A stretch of DNA of 64,000 nt. Source: Tidjanibacter sp. (lineage in GTDB: Bacteria > Bacteroidota > Bacteroidia > Bacteroidales > Rikenellaceae). The DNA is taken from the NCBI GenBank assembly GCA_045639285.1, contig JAZUCV010000020.1:3936-67935 (forward strand), written 5' to 3'. The notes under the pieces are model-generated. The model made no database searches. It saw only the letters and a list, made by a program, of their open reading frames with translations, and had not been told where the DNA came from. Below, in pieces: positions 49,683-60,727 of the stretch (position 1 is the stretch's first letter; each line of letters opens with the position of its first letter). The translations under genes and the position numbers were made by a program.

Positions 49683-51704
49683 CTACAACCAGCCACTATC
49701 ATCTGCCAATCCGCGCACGGTGATAGTGAAGTCGTGTGTTTCGCCATTGGAGGTGGTAATCGAGGCGGTGGTCACACCGGCTGCAAGGCCACTGAACACC
49801 AGCTTATTGCCACTCTGTGCCACACTTGCCACAGAGGTATTGGCAATATTCACTGTGTAGGTCAACTCCTCGCCACCCACAAAATAGCGCGCGGGAATAA
49901 CAGCCACACTACCCTCAGTGGGGATATAGAGGTTGGGGAAACGCATAGCCACACCACCCTCCTTGATAGCCGCGAGCAGAGCCTCCGCACTCACCTGACC
50001 ACTACCCATCTGACCTTTATAGTCATCGAGGTTCATCGTCATAGGCTGCTGAGGGCCGATATCTGCAACATAGCGGTTGTAAAACTTCTTACCACCAATA
50101 TATTCGTCGATAGGCACAGCAGTACTTATCACCATATCGCGAATCTCCTCTGCCTTGAAGTGTTTGCGCAGGTCGGCAGCGTATGAGATACCGAGCGCCA
50201 CAACACCCGAGACGTGCGGACAAGCCATCGAGGTACCCTCCATATAGCCGTAGCCGCTGGGACTTACGTGGAAGGGAAGGGTCGAGAGTACGCAACCCAC
50301 CTCTCCGTAGTTATGCTCATCGTCAACATAGTCCCAATAGTAGTCCTGGTCGCCGCCAGGTGCCGACACCGAGGTACCGGGACCATAGTTGGTATATACA
50401 GCAGGGGTGAAATCAGCAGCAGTAGCCGCCACCGAGATATAGTCGTCAGAAGCACCGGGATAGCCAGCCATAGGAGCCGACTCGTTACCACCGGCAAAGA
50501 CAGCCACACCACCCTCGATAGGGCCATTGGGCGAGCCTGCATTGTGGACAAAGTAGTCGAGTGCATCCTTCTCCAGAGGTGCACCGGCCTCCCAAGACTC
50601 CTGCGAGTCAAAGCCTGCCTCTCCCCAATCATAGACATTGGCACGACCCGATACATAACCCCAACTGCACTGCAATACCACTGCACCATTGTCGGCAGCA
50701 TACTTGATAGCGCGAGCAACGTGGATACCTGTTGCACCCATATTGCCCGAGAAGAGCTGACAAACCATAATCTTCACACCAGGGCGCTCAGGAGTACCAC
50801 CCGCGATAGAGCCGATACCCAAGCCATTGTTATTCATCGCGGCAATCACACCAGCAACGTGCGAGCCGTGACCTGAGTCGTAGGCGTCGTTCCAGGTGAT
50901 TGCGCCTGTCTGACGAGCGAAGTTGTAGCCATTGTAGTCACCCGCATAACCGTTGCCGTCGTTATCCTCCATTGAGCCACGCACCTCGTTGGGGTTAACC
51001 CAGATGTTATCCTTCAAGTCAGGGTGATTGACAAAGACACCCTCATCGAGCACCGCCACAATGACATCTTCATTACCCGTTGTGCGCTCCCAGGCCTTCT
51101 CCACCTGCACATCAGCATCCACTATCGACTTGACACTCTCACCCTTAACGAACTGGTCGCCACGGTTGATAAGGTGCCACTGAGCCGAAAGCAGAGGGTC
51201 GGTGGATGCACCGCCACGGGTTGTCGCACCCATCCTGTTCATCTTCTCCACCGAGAGAGGGGTTGCCTTGCCTGTGAAAGCGCGCTTGATGGTACGGTTG
51301 AAGTCTATCTTCTGCACCTCGCCCAGAGGGGTGAGCATCTCGGCCACCTCCTCGGAAGTGTAGTCGCCACCAAAGCGCACCACATACCAGCGGTCAAGGC
51401 CCACATCATATTTCACCTCGCGCTGAGTGGTCATCTCGGGGAAAACAGGCTCAATCTCAAATACCTCGACGAGCTCCATAACCCTATCGACGCTCACTGC
51501 ACCACTGCGGGTGACAGCACCGCTACGGCTTGCCACGCTTGCCGACAAAGCCTCTGCCACCTCGGGCGAGAACTTCACCAGCACCTCACCCTCAACAAAG
51601 GGTGCTTCGGGCTCTGTATTATCAAAAGTCGGTTCGGAAGAGCAGCCAACCAAAAGAGTCAGCGCTCCAACAACTGCAAATGCTTGTATAAAAAATCTCT
51701 TCAT
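49683..51704 (-). CDS. S8 (subtilisin-like) serine protease lipoprotein
   Basis: Lipobox LVGC; catalytic triad motifs VAVLDEG, HGSHVAG and GTSMACPHV. Confidence 0.93.
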   Translation of the reverse strand: MKRFFIQAFAVVGALTLLVGCSSEPTFDNTEPEAPFVEGEVLVKFSPEVAEALSASVASRSGAVTRSGAVSVDRVMELVEVFEIEPVFPEMTTQREVKYDVGLDRWYVVRFGGDYTSEEVAEMLTPLGEVQKIDFNRTIKRAFTGKATPLSVEKMNRMGATTRGGASTDPLLSAQWHLINRGDQFVKGESVKSIVDADVQVEKAWERTTGNEDVIVAVLDEGVFVNHPDLKDNIWVNPNEVRGSMEDNDGNGYAGDYNGYNFARQTGAITWNDAYDSGHGSHVAGVIAAMNNNGLGIGSIAGGTPERPGVKIMVCQLFSGNMGATGIHVARAIKYAADNGAVVLQCSWGYVSGRANVYDWGEAGFDSQESWEAGAPLEKDALDYFVHNAGSPNGPIEGGVAVFAGGNESAPMAGYPGASDDYISVAATAADFTPAVYTNYGPGTSVSAPGGDQDYYWDYVDDEHNYGEVGCVLSTLPFHVSPSGYGYMEGTSMACPHVSGVVALGISYAADLRKHFKAEEIRDMVISTAVPIDEYIGGKKFYNRYVADIGPQQPMTMNLDDYKGQMGSGQVSAEALLAAIKEGGVAMRFPNLYIPTEGSVAVIPARYFVGGEELTYTVNIANTSVASVAQSGNKLVFSGLAAGVTTASITTSNGETHDFTITVRGLADDSGWL

Positions 51705-51731
51705 ACTTAGAATTTTCTCTCTTGCAATATA

Positions 51732-53387
51732 TTATTCGGTAGGCTCCTGCTCGGGGGCATAGCTATCGGCCATCTTCTTATTGGGATATACCTCATAGTA
51801 GTAGTTGAGGTTGATAGGCTCGTTGTCAAACATAGCCGTTGTGCCATCCTGAGCACGACCCTCCTGCGGGAATACAAGGCTGTATGGTATCCACCAATCG
51901 AGGGCGGGGTGATACAACAACCAATCGGGCAGATTACCAGACAAACGGTTGAGGTTAATCGAGAAACGCTTGGTGGTGGGCATCACCTTCTTGATTTTGT
52001 TATCCACAAGGAATCGGGGAAGGGTATCTGCCTCAATCAAATCCTGCTCCGTATAGTAGGGGAAATCGTCATCATCGAGCAGGTCAGGAATCTCACCCTG
52101 CAAGTAGTTCACCGAGAGAACCAATGTATCCAGACCCCACTTGATAAGGTCAACGGGGAACTCAGGCTCATCGATAAAGCCACCAATCTCGGTCTTGACA
52201 GTGTTGCTCAAATCATATACCGTACTACGCTGGTTGGCATTGAGAATCAAGGTGCGGAGGTTGGGGAAGTTCTCCTTGGTGAGCACATCGGGGATAGTCT
52301 GGAAGTTGTTTGCGCCAAGGTTGAGGTGCTGCAGATTCTTCAGATTGGCAAGGCTCTCGGGCAGGTCAATAAGACCATAACTACCCACAGTAAGACTACG
52401 CAGCTGGGTGAGCTCCGAGATATCGTCACCGAGCTCCAGGCTACGCATAAAGGTATTGGTATTACCGAAGAAGTACAACTCCTCGGCAGCAGTGAGATAC
52501 TTAACCTCAAAAGGAAGTTTCTCGGTAGTGTTGAAGAGCGTGAACTCCACCCTGCGCACACGACCCACATTCTCGGGAGTGCAACCCCTGTCACCAGCAG
52601 TCCAGAGAGTCACACCAGTCCACATCTCCATAGGCTGCGAGGGGTCAAACGGGGTGAGCATACGCAGTGCACGACCGATGCAGAGGAGAGCCACCGAGTC
52701 ACCCGCACGCGTATTGGGGATGATAGGCTCTGCTGCCTCCTGCTTCACATTGAGGCGATCGGCGTGGTCGAGAGTGATGCTCTGGCGGGGGGTGAACTGC
52801 ACCTCGGCAAGTCTTTCGGCAGGCGAGGAGTTGATATCCCACTTAAAGCGCACCTTAACCTGACGGGGACGCACGCCACGGTCGAGGTTGAGGGTATATT
52901 TCTCGGTCGAGAGCCACGACTCGGCCGCACCAGGGATATCGACACGGAAGTCAACGTTACTTGTCACCAGGACATCGAAGTAGCGGTTGTCGTACTCATC
53001 GTAGTTGCTCAGGCTCACATCAGCCTTATCGATAGTAATCGAGTAAGGGAAGCCCTTCTGGTTGATGGTTACCTCCTTGGTCTCCCAAGTGGCGAGATTC
53101 TCAATGCGCACCACACCGGTACGAGGCTCGGCATAGAGTGCCGAGTCAATCTTCACCTCGCACACCACATCGCCCACACCATTGGCAGGAGAGATGGTAA
53201 TCCAGGGGTTGTCGGTCGAGGCAATCCACTTATCGGTAGATTTAATCTCAATCTTCTCCACACCACCCACAGCTTCGACATTAATTGCCTCCTTGTCGAG
53301 TTCGATGGGGAGTTTTTCGCCCAGAGGCTTACAAGCGAAGCCGAGCAGGGCAACAAACAATACTGCTATATATATCTTTCTATTCAT
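51732..53387 (-). CDS. BACON-domain plus leucine-rich-repeat lipoprotein
   Basis: Lipobox GFAC; two BACON-like units (W..WITISP..R..Q); LRRs such as LPESLANLKNLQHLNLGANNF. Confidence 0.8.
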   Translation of the reverse strand: MNRKIYIAVLFVALLGFACKPLGEKLPIELDKEAINVEAVGGVEKIEIKSTDKWIASTDNPWITISPANGVGDVVCEVKIDSALYAEPRTGVVRIENLATWETKEVTINQKGFPYSITIDKADVSLSNYDEYDNRYFDVLVTSNVDFRVDIPGAAESWLSTEKYTLNLDRGVRPRQVKVRFKWDINSSPAERLAEVQFTPRQSITLDHADRLNVKQEAAEPIIPNTRAGDSVALLCIGRALRMLTPFDPSQPMEMWTGVTLWTAGDRGCTPENVGRVRRVEFTLFNTTEKLPFEVKYLTAAEELYFFGNTNTFMRSLELGDDISELTQLRSLTVGSYGLIDLPESLANLKNLQHLNLGANNFQTIPDVLTKENFPNLRTLILNANQRSTVYDLSNTVKTEIGGFIDEPEFPVDLIKWGLDTLVLSVNYLQGEIPDLLDDDDFPYYTEQDLIEADTLPRFLVDNKIKKVMPTTKRFSINLNRLSGNLPDWLLYHPALDWWIPYSLVFPQEGRAQDGTTAMFDNEPINLNYYYEVYPNKKMADSYAPEQEPTE

Positions 53388-53408
53388 ATTCTCTCTACTT
53401 TAAGCCGA

Positions 53409-56099
53409 TTACTCCAACATATAGTCACAACCCATAATATTCTGACTCTTGTCATAAATAAGTATATAGGCGCCCTGCATCCACGCATAGCAGATATCCG
53501 AAGCATCGAAGATGATGTTGGGGTTATCGCTGATATCGAGATAGTAAATCAAGGTCGAGATTGTGTCGTCAATACGGCGCAGGTCGTTCGAGCCGAGATA
53601 AAGACCGCGCAGACCCTTATGGTTTGCCACGCCCTCGGGCCACTCCTTCAAGCAACGGTTACCATCCTTATCGCGCTGACCACGCAACGAATAGACAGTG
53701 AGCTCGGTACAATCCAGAGGCTCGAAGGGGAAGTGTGCGAACGAATTATAGGAGAGTTCCACACCATAGAGATAGGGCAGATTGGCAGCGTGCATCTCAC
53801 GGGGCAAATCGGTGAGGTGGTTATACGACAAGTCTATCGAGGTCAGTGCAGGCGAGTTACGATAGCTGAATGCGCCGGCAGGAATCCTCTCTATACCGCA
53901 AGCACGCAGGATGATATATGCCACAAACGAGTTACTCTTGGCAATCGCCATAGGATACTCCTTCAACTCGGGGTTGTTGGCAAGGGTGAAGGTCTCAACA
54001 TTGATACCACGATACTTACCACTCTTCTCGCCCTCGAAACCCTTGATGCGGTTGTTGGAGAAGTCCACCGACTTGATAACGACACCGCTGCTTGCATCGA
54101 AGATATCGGGCACCTCCTCCAGAAGATTATTCCTCATCGAGAAGGTCTCCAGACCCGAGTAGCCACAGAAGTAGCCGTTTGCATCCTTAGGCAACGACGT
54201 GAGGCGGTTGTTGTCAAGATACAACTGCATCAGCTCCACATTTTTGCCAAATGGGTATATCTTGCTAATCTTGTTGTATGCCAAATCGAGCATAGTGAGT
54301 CGCTCCATATCCTTGAAGGTTGCGGGCAGCTCCTCCAACGAGTTCTGACGGCAGTAGAGAATCTGAATGGCACTCTTCGAAGGACCTGTCGAGAGAGCAC
54401 TCAAACCCTTATAAATCTCCTCTGCCGACCACTGACGGTTGTTCGAGATATTCAGAGCCGCAACATTGGGCAGCTGTGCAAGACCGATGGGGAACTCAGT
54501 GAGGTTGGGACAGTTGTAAATCTCAACATCCGAGAGCGATGTGAGCTGACCCAACTCCTCGGGGATGCTCTCGATTGCACTGTTTGCAATATAGAGATAC
54601 TCCAGGCTTGTGAGGTTTGCAATCTCTACGGGGAGTGAGAGCAGACCGTTGCAGAGTGTACCGTGGTTGGTATCCATCAGCTTCACACGCTGCTCTCCGG
54701 TAGCCATATTGAGAATCTCCTTCTCACTCATAGTGTCGTACATCTCGATTGCACGAATCGACACGCCGTTCTCCTTCAACGCACGAGCAATAGGCTCGGT
54801 GGTCTGGGTTGCAGGGTGAATCATATGCATCAACTCACCGTGGTTTTTCAGACGGTTGCGACCGCGCTCGGCAAGCGACAACGAACTATCCAGAGTGGGA
54901 TCGTAGGTAAACACATTCAGGTCGTTGTGAGTACCGAGGTAGAGCTCAATCAGCTGGGTGAGCTGTCCGATGGCGGGCGAAAGATGACCCTTGAAGCCGA
55001 AATCGCTGATATCGATTTTTGCCACACGACCGTTAGCGTGCAACTCAACACCGGGCTGGTCGCCCCACAGGTCGGGGTCTTTGTTGAAGTCCCAATTCGT
55101 ACCCTTGGCATAGTTCTCGCCAATATAGTACCACTCCTCACCGGCAAGGCTCTTCCAGATGTTGTAGAGGGCATAGTAGTCCTTGATATACTCATCGGCC
55201 TCACGCATCGAAATCTTAACATCGGCCTTGGTGGTCTGGTTGTCCTTCACCTCGAAGTCATCGCACTTAGGCGCACGATTAGCTTCGAGCAGCGACTCTC
55301 GGCTATCGTAGAGTTCGTATGAGGTGATGCGGTAGTTGCCCGCTTTGAGGCTCAGGAGCGAATCGACAGTGATTGTCGAAGTGGTGTAGCCAAACTCATC
55401 GCTCTGATAATCATCCTCGTCCAGATGGAGCTCGAAGGATGTGGGAATCATCGAGAAAGTAGTGGGGTTGGTAGTGCTTCCCGAAGCCATTACCTGTGCT
55501 ACGGTCAGCGTAACAAACTCTGCCTCGTCGAAGGTATATTCGCGGGCAGGTGCCTTCTGAATAGCAGGATTATTCTCAAACGAAGAGAAATCCTTCTTCA
55601 AGGTAAACTGCACACTACCGCGGGGCTGCACATTGACAGTCAGGTCGTGCACCACAAGTCCACCTTGCGATACGGTAAACTCGCTCATATCGGCCGGAGT
55701 GCTATTATAAATCACCTCGTCCAATGCGTCGTAGAGCGAGAAGGTAATCACCTTATAATCACCGATAAGGAGTTTCAGCTTATCACTACGCAGACCAAAC
55801 TCTGCCGAGGCCTCATCCGACGACGAGAGCGTAAGAGTCTGAGCAATAGTGGTTTCACCAAAGGAGAGTGTCACCTTGATTTTATGGGCCTCGCCAAGTC
55901 GGTCGAGCATTGTCTGCACGGCACGACTCCCCACCTCGCCCTTAGCCTCGGGCTGGTAGGAGGCCTCTTTGTAGAGTTTAAACTGTGCGTATCCGTACTC
56001 CTGTTCGCGATAGTCGGGCACATCCTCGGTACAACTACTAAGGAGCGCGCCAAAGAGCAGTGACAGCACTACGCATACGTTAAAAATTCGTCTTCTCAT
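53409..56099 (-). CDS. DUF4458-type leucine-rich-repeat lipoprotein
   Basis: Lipobox LSSC, YGYAQFKLYK N-terminus and many LxxLxLxxN repeats. Confidence 0.8.
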   Translation of the reverse strand: MRRRIFNVCVVLSLLFGALLSSCTEDVPDYREQEYGYAQFKLYKEASYQPEAKGEVGSRAVQTMLDRLGEAHKIKVTLSFGETTIAQTLTLSSSDEASAEFGLRSDKLKLLIGDYKVITFSLYDALDEVIYNSTPADMSEFTVSQGGLVVHDLTVNVQPRGSVQFTLKKDFSSFENNPAIQKAPAREYTFDEAEFVTLTVAQVMASGSTTNPTTFSMIPTSFELHLDEDDYQSDEFGYTTSTITVDSLLSLKAGNYRITSYELYDSRESLLEANRAPKCDDFEVKDNQTTKADVKISMREADEYIKDYYALYNIWKSLAGEEWYYIGENYAKGTNWDFNKDPDLWGDQPGVELHANGRVAKIDISDFGFKGHLSPAIGQLTQLIELYLGTHNDLNVFTYDPTLDSSLSLAERGRNRLKNHGELMHMIHPATQTTEPIARALKENGVSIRAIEMYDTMSEKEILNMATGEQRVKLMDTNHGTLCNGLLSLPVEIANLTSLEYLYIANSAIESIPEELGQLTSLSDVEIYNCPNLTEFPIGLAQLPNVAALNISNNRQWSAEEIYKGLSALSTGPSKSAIQILYCRQNSLEELPATFKDMERLTMLDLAYNKISKIYPFGKNVELMQLYLDNNRLTSLPKDANGYFCGYSGLETFSMRNNLLEEVPDIFDASSGVVIKSVDFSNNRIKGFEGEKSGKYRGINVETFTLANNPELKEYPMAIAKSNSFVAYIILRACGIERIPAGAFSYRNSPALTSIDLSYNHLTDLPREMHAANLPYLYGVELSYNSFAHFPFEPLDCTELTVYSLRGQRDKDGNRCLKEWPEGVANHKGLRGLYLGSNDLRRIDDTISTLIYYLDISDNPNIIFDASDICYAWMQGAYILIYDKSQNIMGCDYMLE

Positions 56100-56142
56100 T
56101 ATCATATAAAATTCTCGGTGAAACCTCATTTGTCTGGTTGGT

Positions 56143-56189
56143 TAAAAAAAAAGGTATGCCCCACCCCAACCAAGCGCGGGGCATACCTG
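56143..56189 (-). terminator. Intra-operon terminator
   Basis: AGGTATGCCCC...GGGGCATACCT followed on the minus strand by a run of about 10 T. Confidence 0.75.
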
Positions 56190-56203
56190 TATAGAGTTAA
56201 TTG

Positions 56204-58195
56204 TTATTCAGCAATCTCAAGAGTTACTACAAGTACGAACTCGATGCCACCCATACCATCGCTGAACAAGAAGGCACCGGTCTTGCCATTGCCCGCAGCT
56301 TTGGTTATGATTACACTGCCACCCTCGCTATACTCATAGGAGAGCCACTCAGCATCCTCCTTATTCTCAAGGAAACCATTAGCATTCAAGCCATTAATCA
56401 TCGACATAGTGTGGTTCTCCTTGGTGAAGGTAACGTGCCATACATCCGATACGCCGTAATTCATATTGAAATAGTTATACTGAGGACCACTGGTCAGTTG
56501 TACCAGCGACGAACCATCGTTATCCTCAGCGGGACCGGGATAAGCAAACTCCAGAACGATACCATCATTGTTGCCACCTGCTGCATTAGCATTGAAACGG
56601 CAGTAAACAGTAGCAGTGGTGCCATCAGCAAACTCAATATAGAGACCACCCTCATAATCACCGGTGTTCTGATTGTAGGCTGCATCTGCAGTCTCGTGGG
56701 TGATATCCATCTGTACCTTAAAGAGAGTATTGTCAGCCGAAGGACGCCAGTAGGTCAGCCAAGATGCATCCCAATCGTTCTCCACTTCATAGAACTCACC
56801 CTGTGCATTGAGAATGCTGATATAGATATTGCGAATCTCCTTCTTGCTGATAAAGGTTACATCATCATTATCCCAATCCTTGGTATAGAGCAGGTCGTAA
56901 CGCTCGGTTGCATTGCCAAGCACATTATGAGGCCAGCTACCACCATTTGCAGAGATACCAAACTGAATCTCCTCACCAAAAGCGTGCTCATACTCGATAG
57001 TTGCGGGAGCACCCTCCTGCTTGATAGTGGTGAGCAGGTAGGGAAGATAAGCCTCTGCAACCTCACCGGTAGGCATACCGCCCTCAAACTCGGACATCTC
57101 ATAGGGGTCAACCGACATATTGGCGGGCAGAGCAAATACCATAGCCTCGCGAGCAGGGCCCTCGTTAGCCTGAACGCCAACCTCAACATCACGGCTCTGG
57201 ATTACGGAGTCGTCCGAAGCATCCCACTCAGCGATAGATGCGGTTACCCAAGCAATATCGGTGGTAGGCATCTGCATACCAAACTGCGACACAAAAGTGA
57301 AGGGAACAATCTGCACACCATCAACAGCAATCACCGAACCGGTAGCAGTACCACCCTCAACATAGTCACCCAACATTGCGTGATATACATCACCAGCATT
57401 GTTGAACTTCGAAACCTCATCAAAGTCGATTACAAAATAGTCTGCAGCAGCAGGAATCGACACCTTCAAGGTAGCAACCTCCAACGAGGTGTTATTTGCA
57501 TCAACAAACTTCAAGGTAGCCTCCGAAGCCTCCAAAGGATACTTCGACGCATCACCTCTGAGCCACAACTCGGTAACACCACTCTCGCCACCGGCGATAG
57601 GCATAATCCACTCGGGAGTACCATCAACGCTCCAGTCGAAGTTTGCGTTAATCATCACGTGAGTCATAAAGCCGTTAACCTCATCGGGCCAAGCAAGCTC
57701 AACGCCGTCAGCACCAACAGGAGTGCTCTCGTACGAGAAGGTCAAATCGCCACTCTCAGCATATACAAAGCCCCAATCATCCATCTCCACGGGATAGACA
57801 TTGAGCACACGGTCGGTCTTAGCCAAAGTGAGTTCGGCAACAACCTGCTCCTGACCATCCATCTTCATAGTGAGCACGCAAACGTGGTTGTTGTCAAGGT
57901 CCTTCAACTCGGCAACCTTAACCTGTACCTTAATATCCTCGCTTGCCTTGCCACGCAACGAATATACGCTGTTACCACCATCAACCAACGAGAAGTAGGT
58001 AGCCTCCTCCTGGTTCATCGAAATCTCCCAGTCGAGATTTGCCGAAAAAGTCAAATTCACAATCTCGCCAGCACCGACTGTGCGAGTAACCTTCGAAGGG
58101 AACTCGGGAAGTACGGGTTCGGGATCGGGCTTACAAGCAGTCATCACTGCACTGATGCAGATAAGACCAGCCAACAATCTAAATACTTTATTCAT
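56204..58195 (-). CDS. Surface lipoprotein, DUF5003/BACON-like
   Basis: Lipobox MTAC; repeated ANLDW/ANFDW..PEWI beta-sandwich motifs; acidic. Confidence 0.65.
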   Translation of the reverse strand: MNKVFRLLAGLICISAVMTACKPDPEPVLPEFPSKVTRTVGAGEIVNLTFSANLDWEISMNQEEATYFSLVDGGNSVYSLRGKASEDIKVQVKVAELKDLDNNHVCVLTMKMDGQEQVVAELTLAKTDRVLNVYPVEMDDWGFVYAESGDLTFSYESTPVGADGVELAWPDEVNGFMTHVMINANFDWSVDGTPEWIMPIAGGESGVTELWLRGDASKYPLEASEATLKFVDANNTSLEVATLKVSIPAAADYFVIDFDEVSKFNNAGDVYHAMLGDYVEGGTATGSVIAVDGVQIVPFTFVSQFGMQMPTTDIAWVTASIAEWDASDDSVIQSRDVEVGVQANEGPAREAMVFALPANMSVDPYEMSEFEGGMPTGEVAEAYLPYLLTTIKQEGAPATIEYEHAFGEEIQFGISANGGSWPHNVLGNATERYDLLYTKDWDNDDVTFISKKEIRNIYISILNAQGEFYEVENDWDASWLTYWRPSADNTLFKVQMDITHETADAAYNQNTGDYEGGLYIEFADGTTATVYCRFNANAAGGNNDGIVLEFAYPGPAEDNDGSSLVQLTSGPQYNYFNMNYGVSDVWHVTFTKENHTMSMINGLNANGFLENKEDAEWLSYEYSEGGSVIITKAAGNGKTGAFLFSDGMGGIEFVLVVTLEIAE

Positions 58196-58238
58196 AATTA
58201 AAAAAAATTGAGTTAAATAATATATTATTGATTATCTG

Positions 58239-59147
58239 TTACATACCCTGCTTTTTAAGGTCGGCAGCCACCTCGTCGCTCACCCACTCAAGGATAGAGT
58301 AGAACTGACCAACGGTACCAATCATCTCACCCAGGTTCTCCACATAGACCTCGTTCCACAACTCCACAAATCGCTGACAGGAGTTGAAGTAAGAGGGGTA
58401 ATAGGGACTATGGGTAGTGAGGATGTGGTTGTCGCCAAGAATCTGACCGAAGACCGATGCCTCATCACTCACAACCTGGTCTTTATCCATAGTAACCAGG
58501 GGGTTAGCCGAATTGCTCGGGTCGAAAGTGATTGTCAGGTCGTAGCCATCGTAGAAGCAGTCGTGCAAAATCACGGTATTGGGCACCGAGGGGTGTACCG
58601 AGGTCTGAATCAGTCGCTGATAGCTTGCATTATCACCCGGGTAATCGCGCAGCAGCAGCGATGTGAGCACGCACCAGCCAGAGAAGTTGTTCACATCAAA
58701 CGGGCAGGCCTTATACATAACCACCTTGGTCTGCTTGTTCTCCTTGTAGAGTTCCCAGTCGAGTGCATCCGGCATAACCAGACGAAGAGTAAATCCAAGC
58801 GAGTCGGTAGGCTCGATATTATCGTACAGACCCTTGATTTTCACCTCGGCAGCGAGCTTACCAGCGGGTATGGTGACACTGTTCGACAAGAGCTGGAAGT
58901 GCTTGCCCTCCACAGCGTTGCTACCCTCATCGACAATCTCAACACCAATGGTGCGGTCGTAGTCGCGAGCCACGGTCGAGGAGAGAGCCACGGTGAAATA
59001 CTCCTCATCGGGACCCACCATATTAATCGACATTGTGTCGGCAAAAATCACATACTCGGCATCAGAGTAGGTTGTATACTCCTCATCACACCCCACAAAG
59101 AGTGAGGATGCGAGTGCCAAGAGTGCAAAAAATCTCAAAAACTTCAT
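58239..59147 (-). CDS. SusD-adjacent lipoprotein, DUF4984-like
   Basis: Lipobox FVGC; SNAVEGKHF..SVTIPAG Calx-beta-like motif. Confidence 0.65.
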   Translation of the reverse strand: MKFLRFFALLALASSLFVGCDEEYTTYSDAEYVIFADTMSINMVGPDEEYFTVALSSTVARDYDRTIGVEIVDEGSNAVEGKHFQLLSNSVTIPAGKLAAEVKIKGLYDNIEPTDSLGFTLRLVMPDALDWELYKENKQTKVVMYKACPFDVNNFSGWCVLTSLLLRDYPGDNASYQRLIQTSVHPSVPNTVILHDCFYDGYDLTITFDPSNSANPLVTMDKDQVVSDEASVFGQILGDNHILTTHSPYYPSYFNSCQRFVELWNEVYVENLGEMIGTVGQFYSILEWVSDEVAADLKKQGM

Positions 59148-59174
59148 ATATATATTATATATTAGGTATCCAAA

Positions 59175-60713
59175 CTATCTGTTACTCTCATTGCCCAATA
59201 CCTCCGAGCCGGGCGACTCAATCTCGTGCTGAGGGATAGGCCATACGAACAAGGGGTTGTCGGCAGTGATGCGGAGCGAGCTACCCTCCTCGAGCGAGTG
59301 CATCTGAGGTGTACGCACAAAGCCACCGCCATTGTAGAGTGCACCCCAGCGTTTGAGGTCGTGCAGACGGAAGCCCTCCATATAGAGTTCCCTGACACGC
59401 TCCTCGGCAATCTTCTGCAAGAAGTCATCCTCCGAGAGCGAGATGCTGCCACCCGAGGTGTAACGAGCGCCACGCAGAGTATTCATATCGCGCGAAGCAG
59501 CCGAGAAGTCGGGCTTGCTCTGACGGCAATAGGCCTCGGCACGAATAAGATACTGCTCAGCCAAGCGGAAAGGCTTGGGCATATTGACGTGATATACGAG
59601 CGACTGACTGATAAGGTCCTGATTGCCATAGTACTTAACCAGCAGAGGCCAGGTGAGCTGATGGTCGTGACCTGTCTGCAGCTCGTAGAAGTAACTGCCA
59701 TATCGCATATCGCCGGCATCGTAGAGGTCGATTACCCACTGAGCGGGAACATAGTCGGGATAGTAGTAGGCGTAGTCCTTGGTGAAGTTCAGGAAGACCG
59801 AGCCGAGCGAGCCGCCAAACGAGGTGGCGGTGAAGCCCACGCGCCAGATAATCTCAGTACCGACATCGTAGTTCCACATATAGTCGAAGTAGGTCATATC
59901 GCTGGTGTAGAGGCTATTGGCAGGCGAGAGGCTATAGACACCGTTGGGGTGGTCGATAACCAGCGAGGAGTACTTGATAGCACTCTCCCAATCCTGCATA
60001 TAGAGAGCCACACGAGCGTGCAGAGCATAAGCAACGGCCTGAGTCATAAAGGCGGAACTATACTGATCATTCTCGACGTCGAGCATCTCCTCAGCCTTTT
60101 GGAGGTCATCCAGCACAAACTGATAGGAGTCTTTCAACGAAGCACGCACAGCCTTCTCGGGTACCGAGTAGCCCTTGCGGAGCACCACACCGAGTTTCTG
60201 CTCTGCGGTTGCAGGGTCGTATGCCTCGCAGAAGCATTTGAGCAACTCAGCGTATGCCATTGCGCGGATGGTATATACCTCGCCGGTATATTGTTCGAGG
60301 GTGAGGATACGCTCTTCGACAACCTGATCGGCCATCACTGCGTCAATCTTCTCAAGATAGAAGTTACAACCTGCAATCACCTGATAGAGAGCAGCATATA
60401 CCGACTCAATCTCCGAAGAGGTGGGACGCACCTGCCACTGCCAGAAACTACCGAAGGTATTGGAGTAACCATCAATTGCATATACCAGGTCTGCCTGAAT
60501 ATCGGGCAGAAGAGTCAAGTAGCCGCTATACAATGCGCTGCTCTTCAGCAGTGCATAGATACCTGTCAAGGTCTGCTCGGCCTCCTCATAGGTTGCCATC
60601 GCCTCGTCAGTAGGGATTGCCGAATCGGGCTCCACATCGAGACACGAGGTAAGCGAAAGAAGCGCAATGGCTCCTGCCACCATAAAACGTCTAAGGGTAT
60701 TAATCATTTTCAT
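59175..60713 (-). CDS. SusD/RagB family lipoprotein
   Basis: Lipobox LTSC, RLAEQYLIRAEA, EERVRELYMEGFRLHDLKRW and WPIPQHE. Confidence 0.93.
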   Translation of the reverse strand: MKMINTLRRFMVAGAIALLSLTSCLDVEPDSAIPTDEAMATYEEAEQTLTGIYALLKSSALYSGYLTLLPDIQADLVYAIDGYSNTFGSFWQWQVRPTSSEIESVYAALYQVIAGCNFYLEKIDAVMADQVVEERILTLEQYTGEVYTIRAMAYAELLKCFCEAYDPATAEQKLGVVLRKGYSVPEKAVRASLKDSYQFVLDDLQKAEEMLDVENDQYSSAFMTQAVAYALHARVALYMQDWESAIKYSSLVIDHPNGVYSLSPANSLYTSDMTYFDYMWNYDVGTEIIWRVGFTATSFGGSLGSVFLNFTKDYAYYYPDYVPAQWVIDLYDAGDMRYGSYFYELQTGHDHQLTWPLLVKYYGNQDLISQSLVYHVNMPKPFRLAEQYLIRAEAYCRQSKPDFSAASRDMNTLRGARYTSGGSISLSEDDFLQKIAEERVRELYMEGFRLHDLKRWGALYNGGGFVRTPQMHSLEEGSSLRITADNPLFVWPIPQHEIESPGSEVLGNESNR

Positions 60714-60727
60714 ATCTCTCTTGTGGT

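Noticed and set aside
51909-54638. 909-aa plus-strand ORF and other long antisense ORFs (e.g. 20576-22072, 45203-46930, 56201-58201, 59226-60731, 10249-11319)
   Set aside because: They are shadows of well-supported genes on the opposite strand. Scarce TTA/CTA/TCA sense codons remove antisense stops, and they contain no recognisable motifs.
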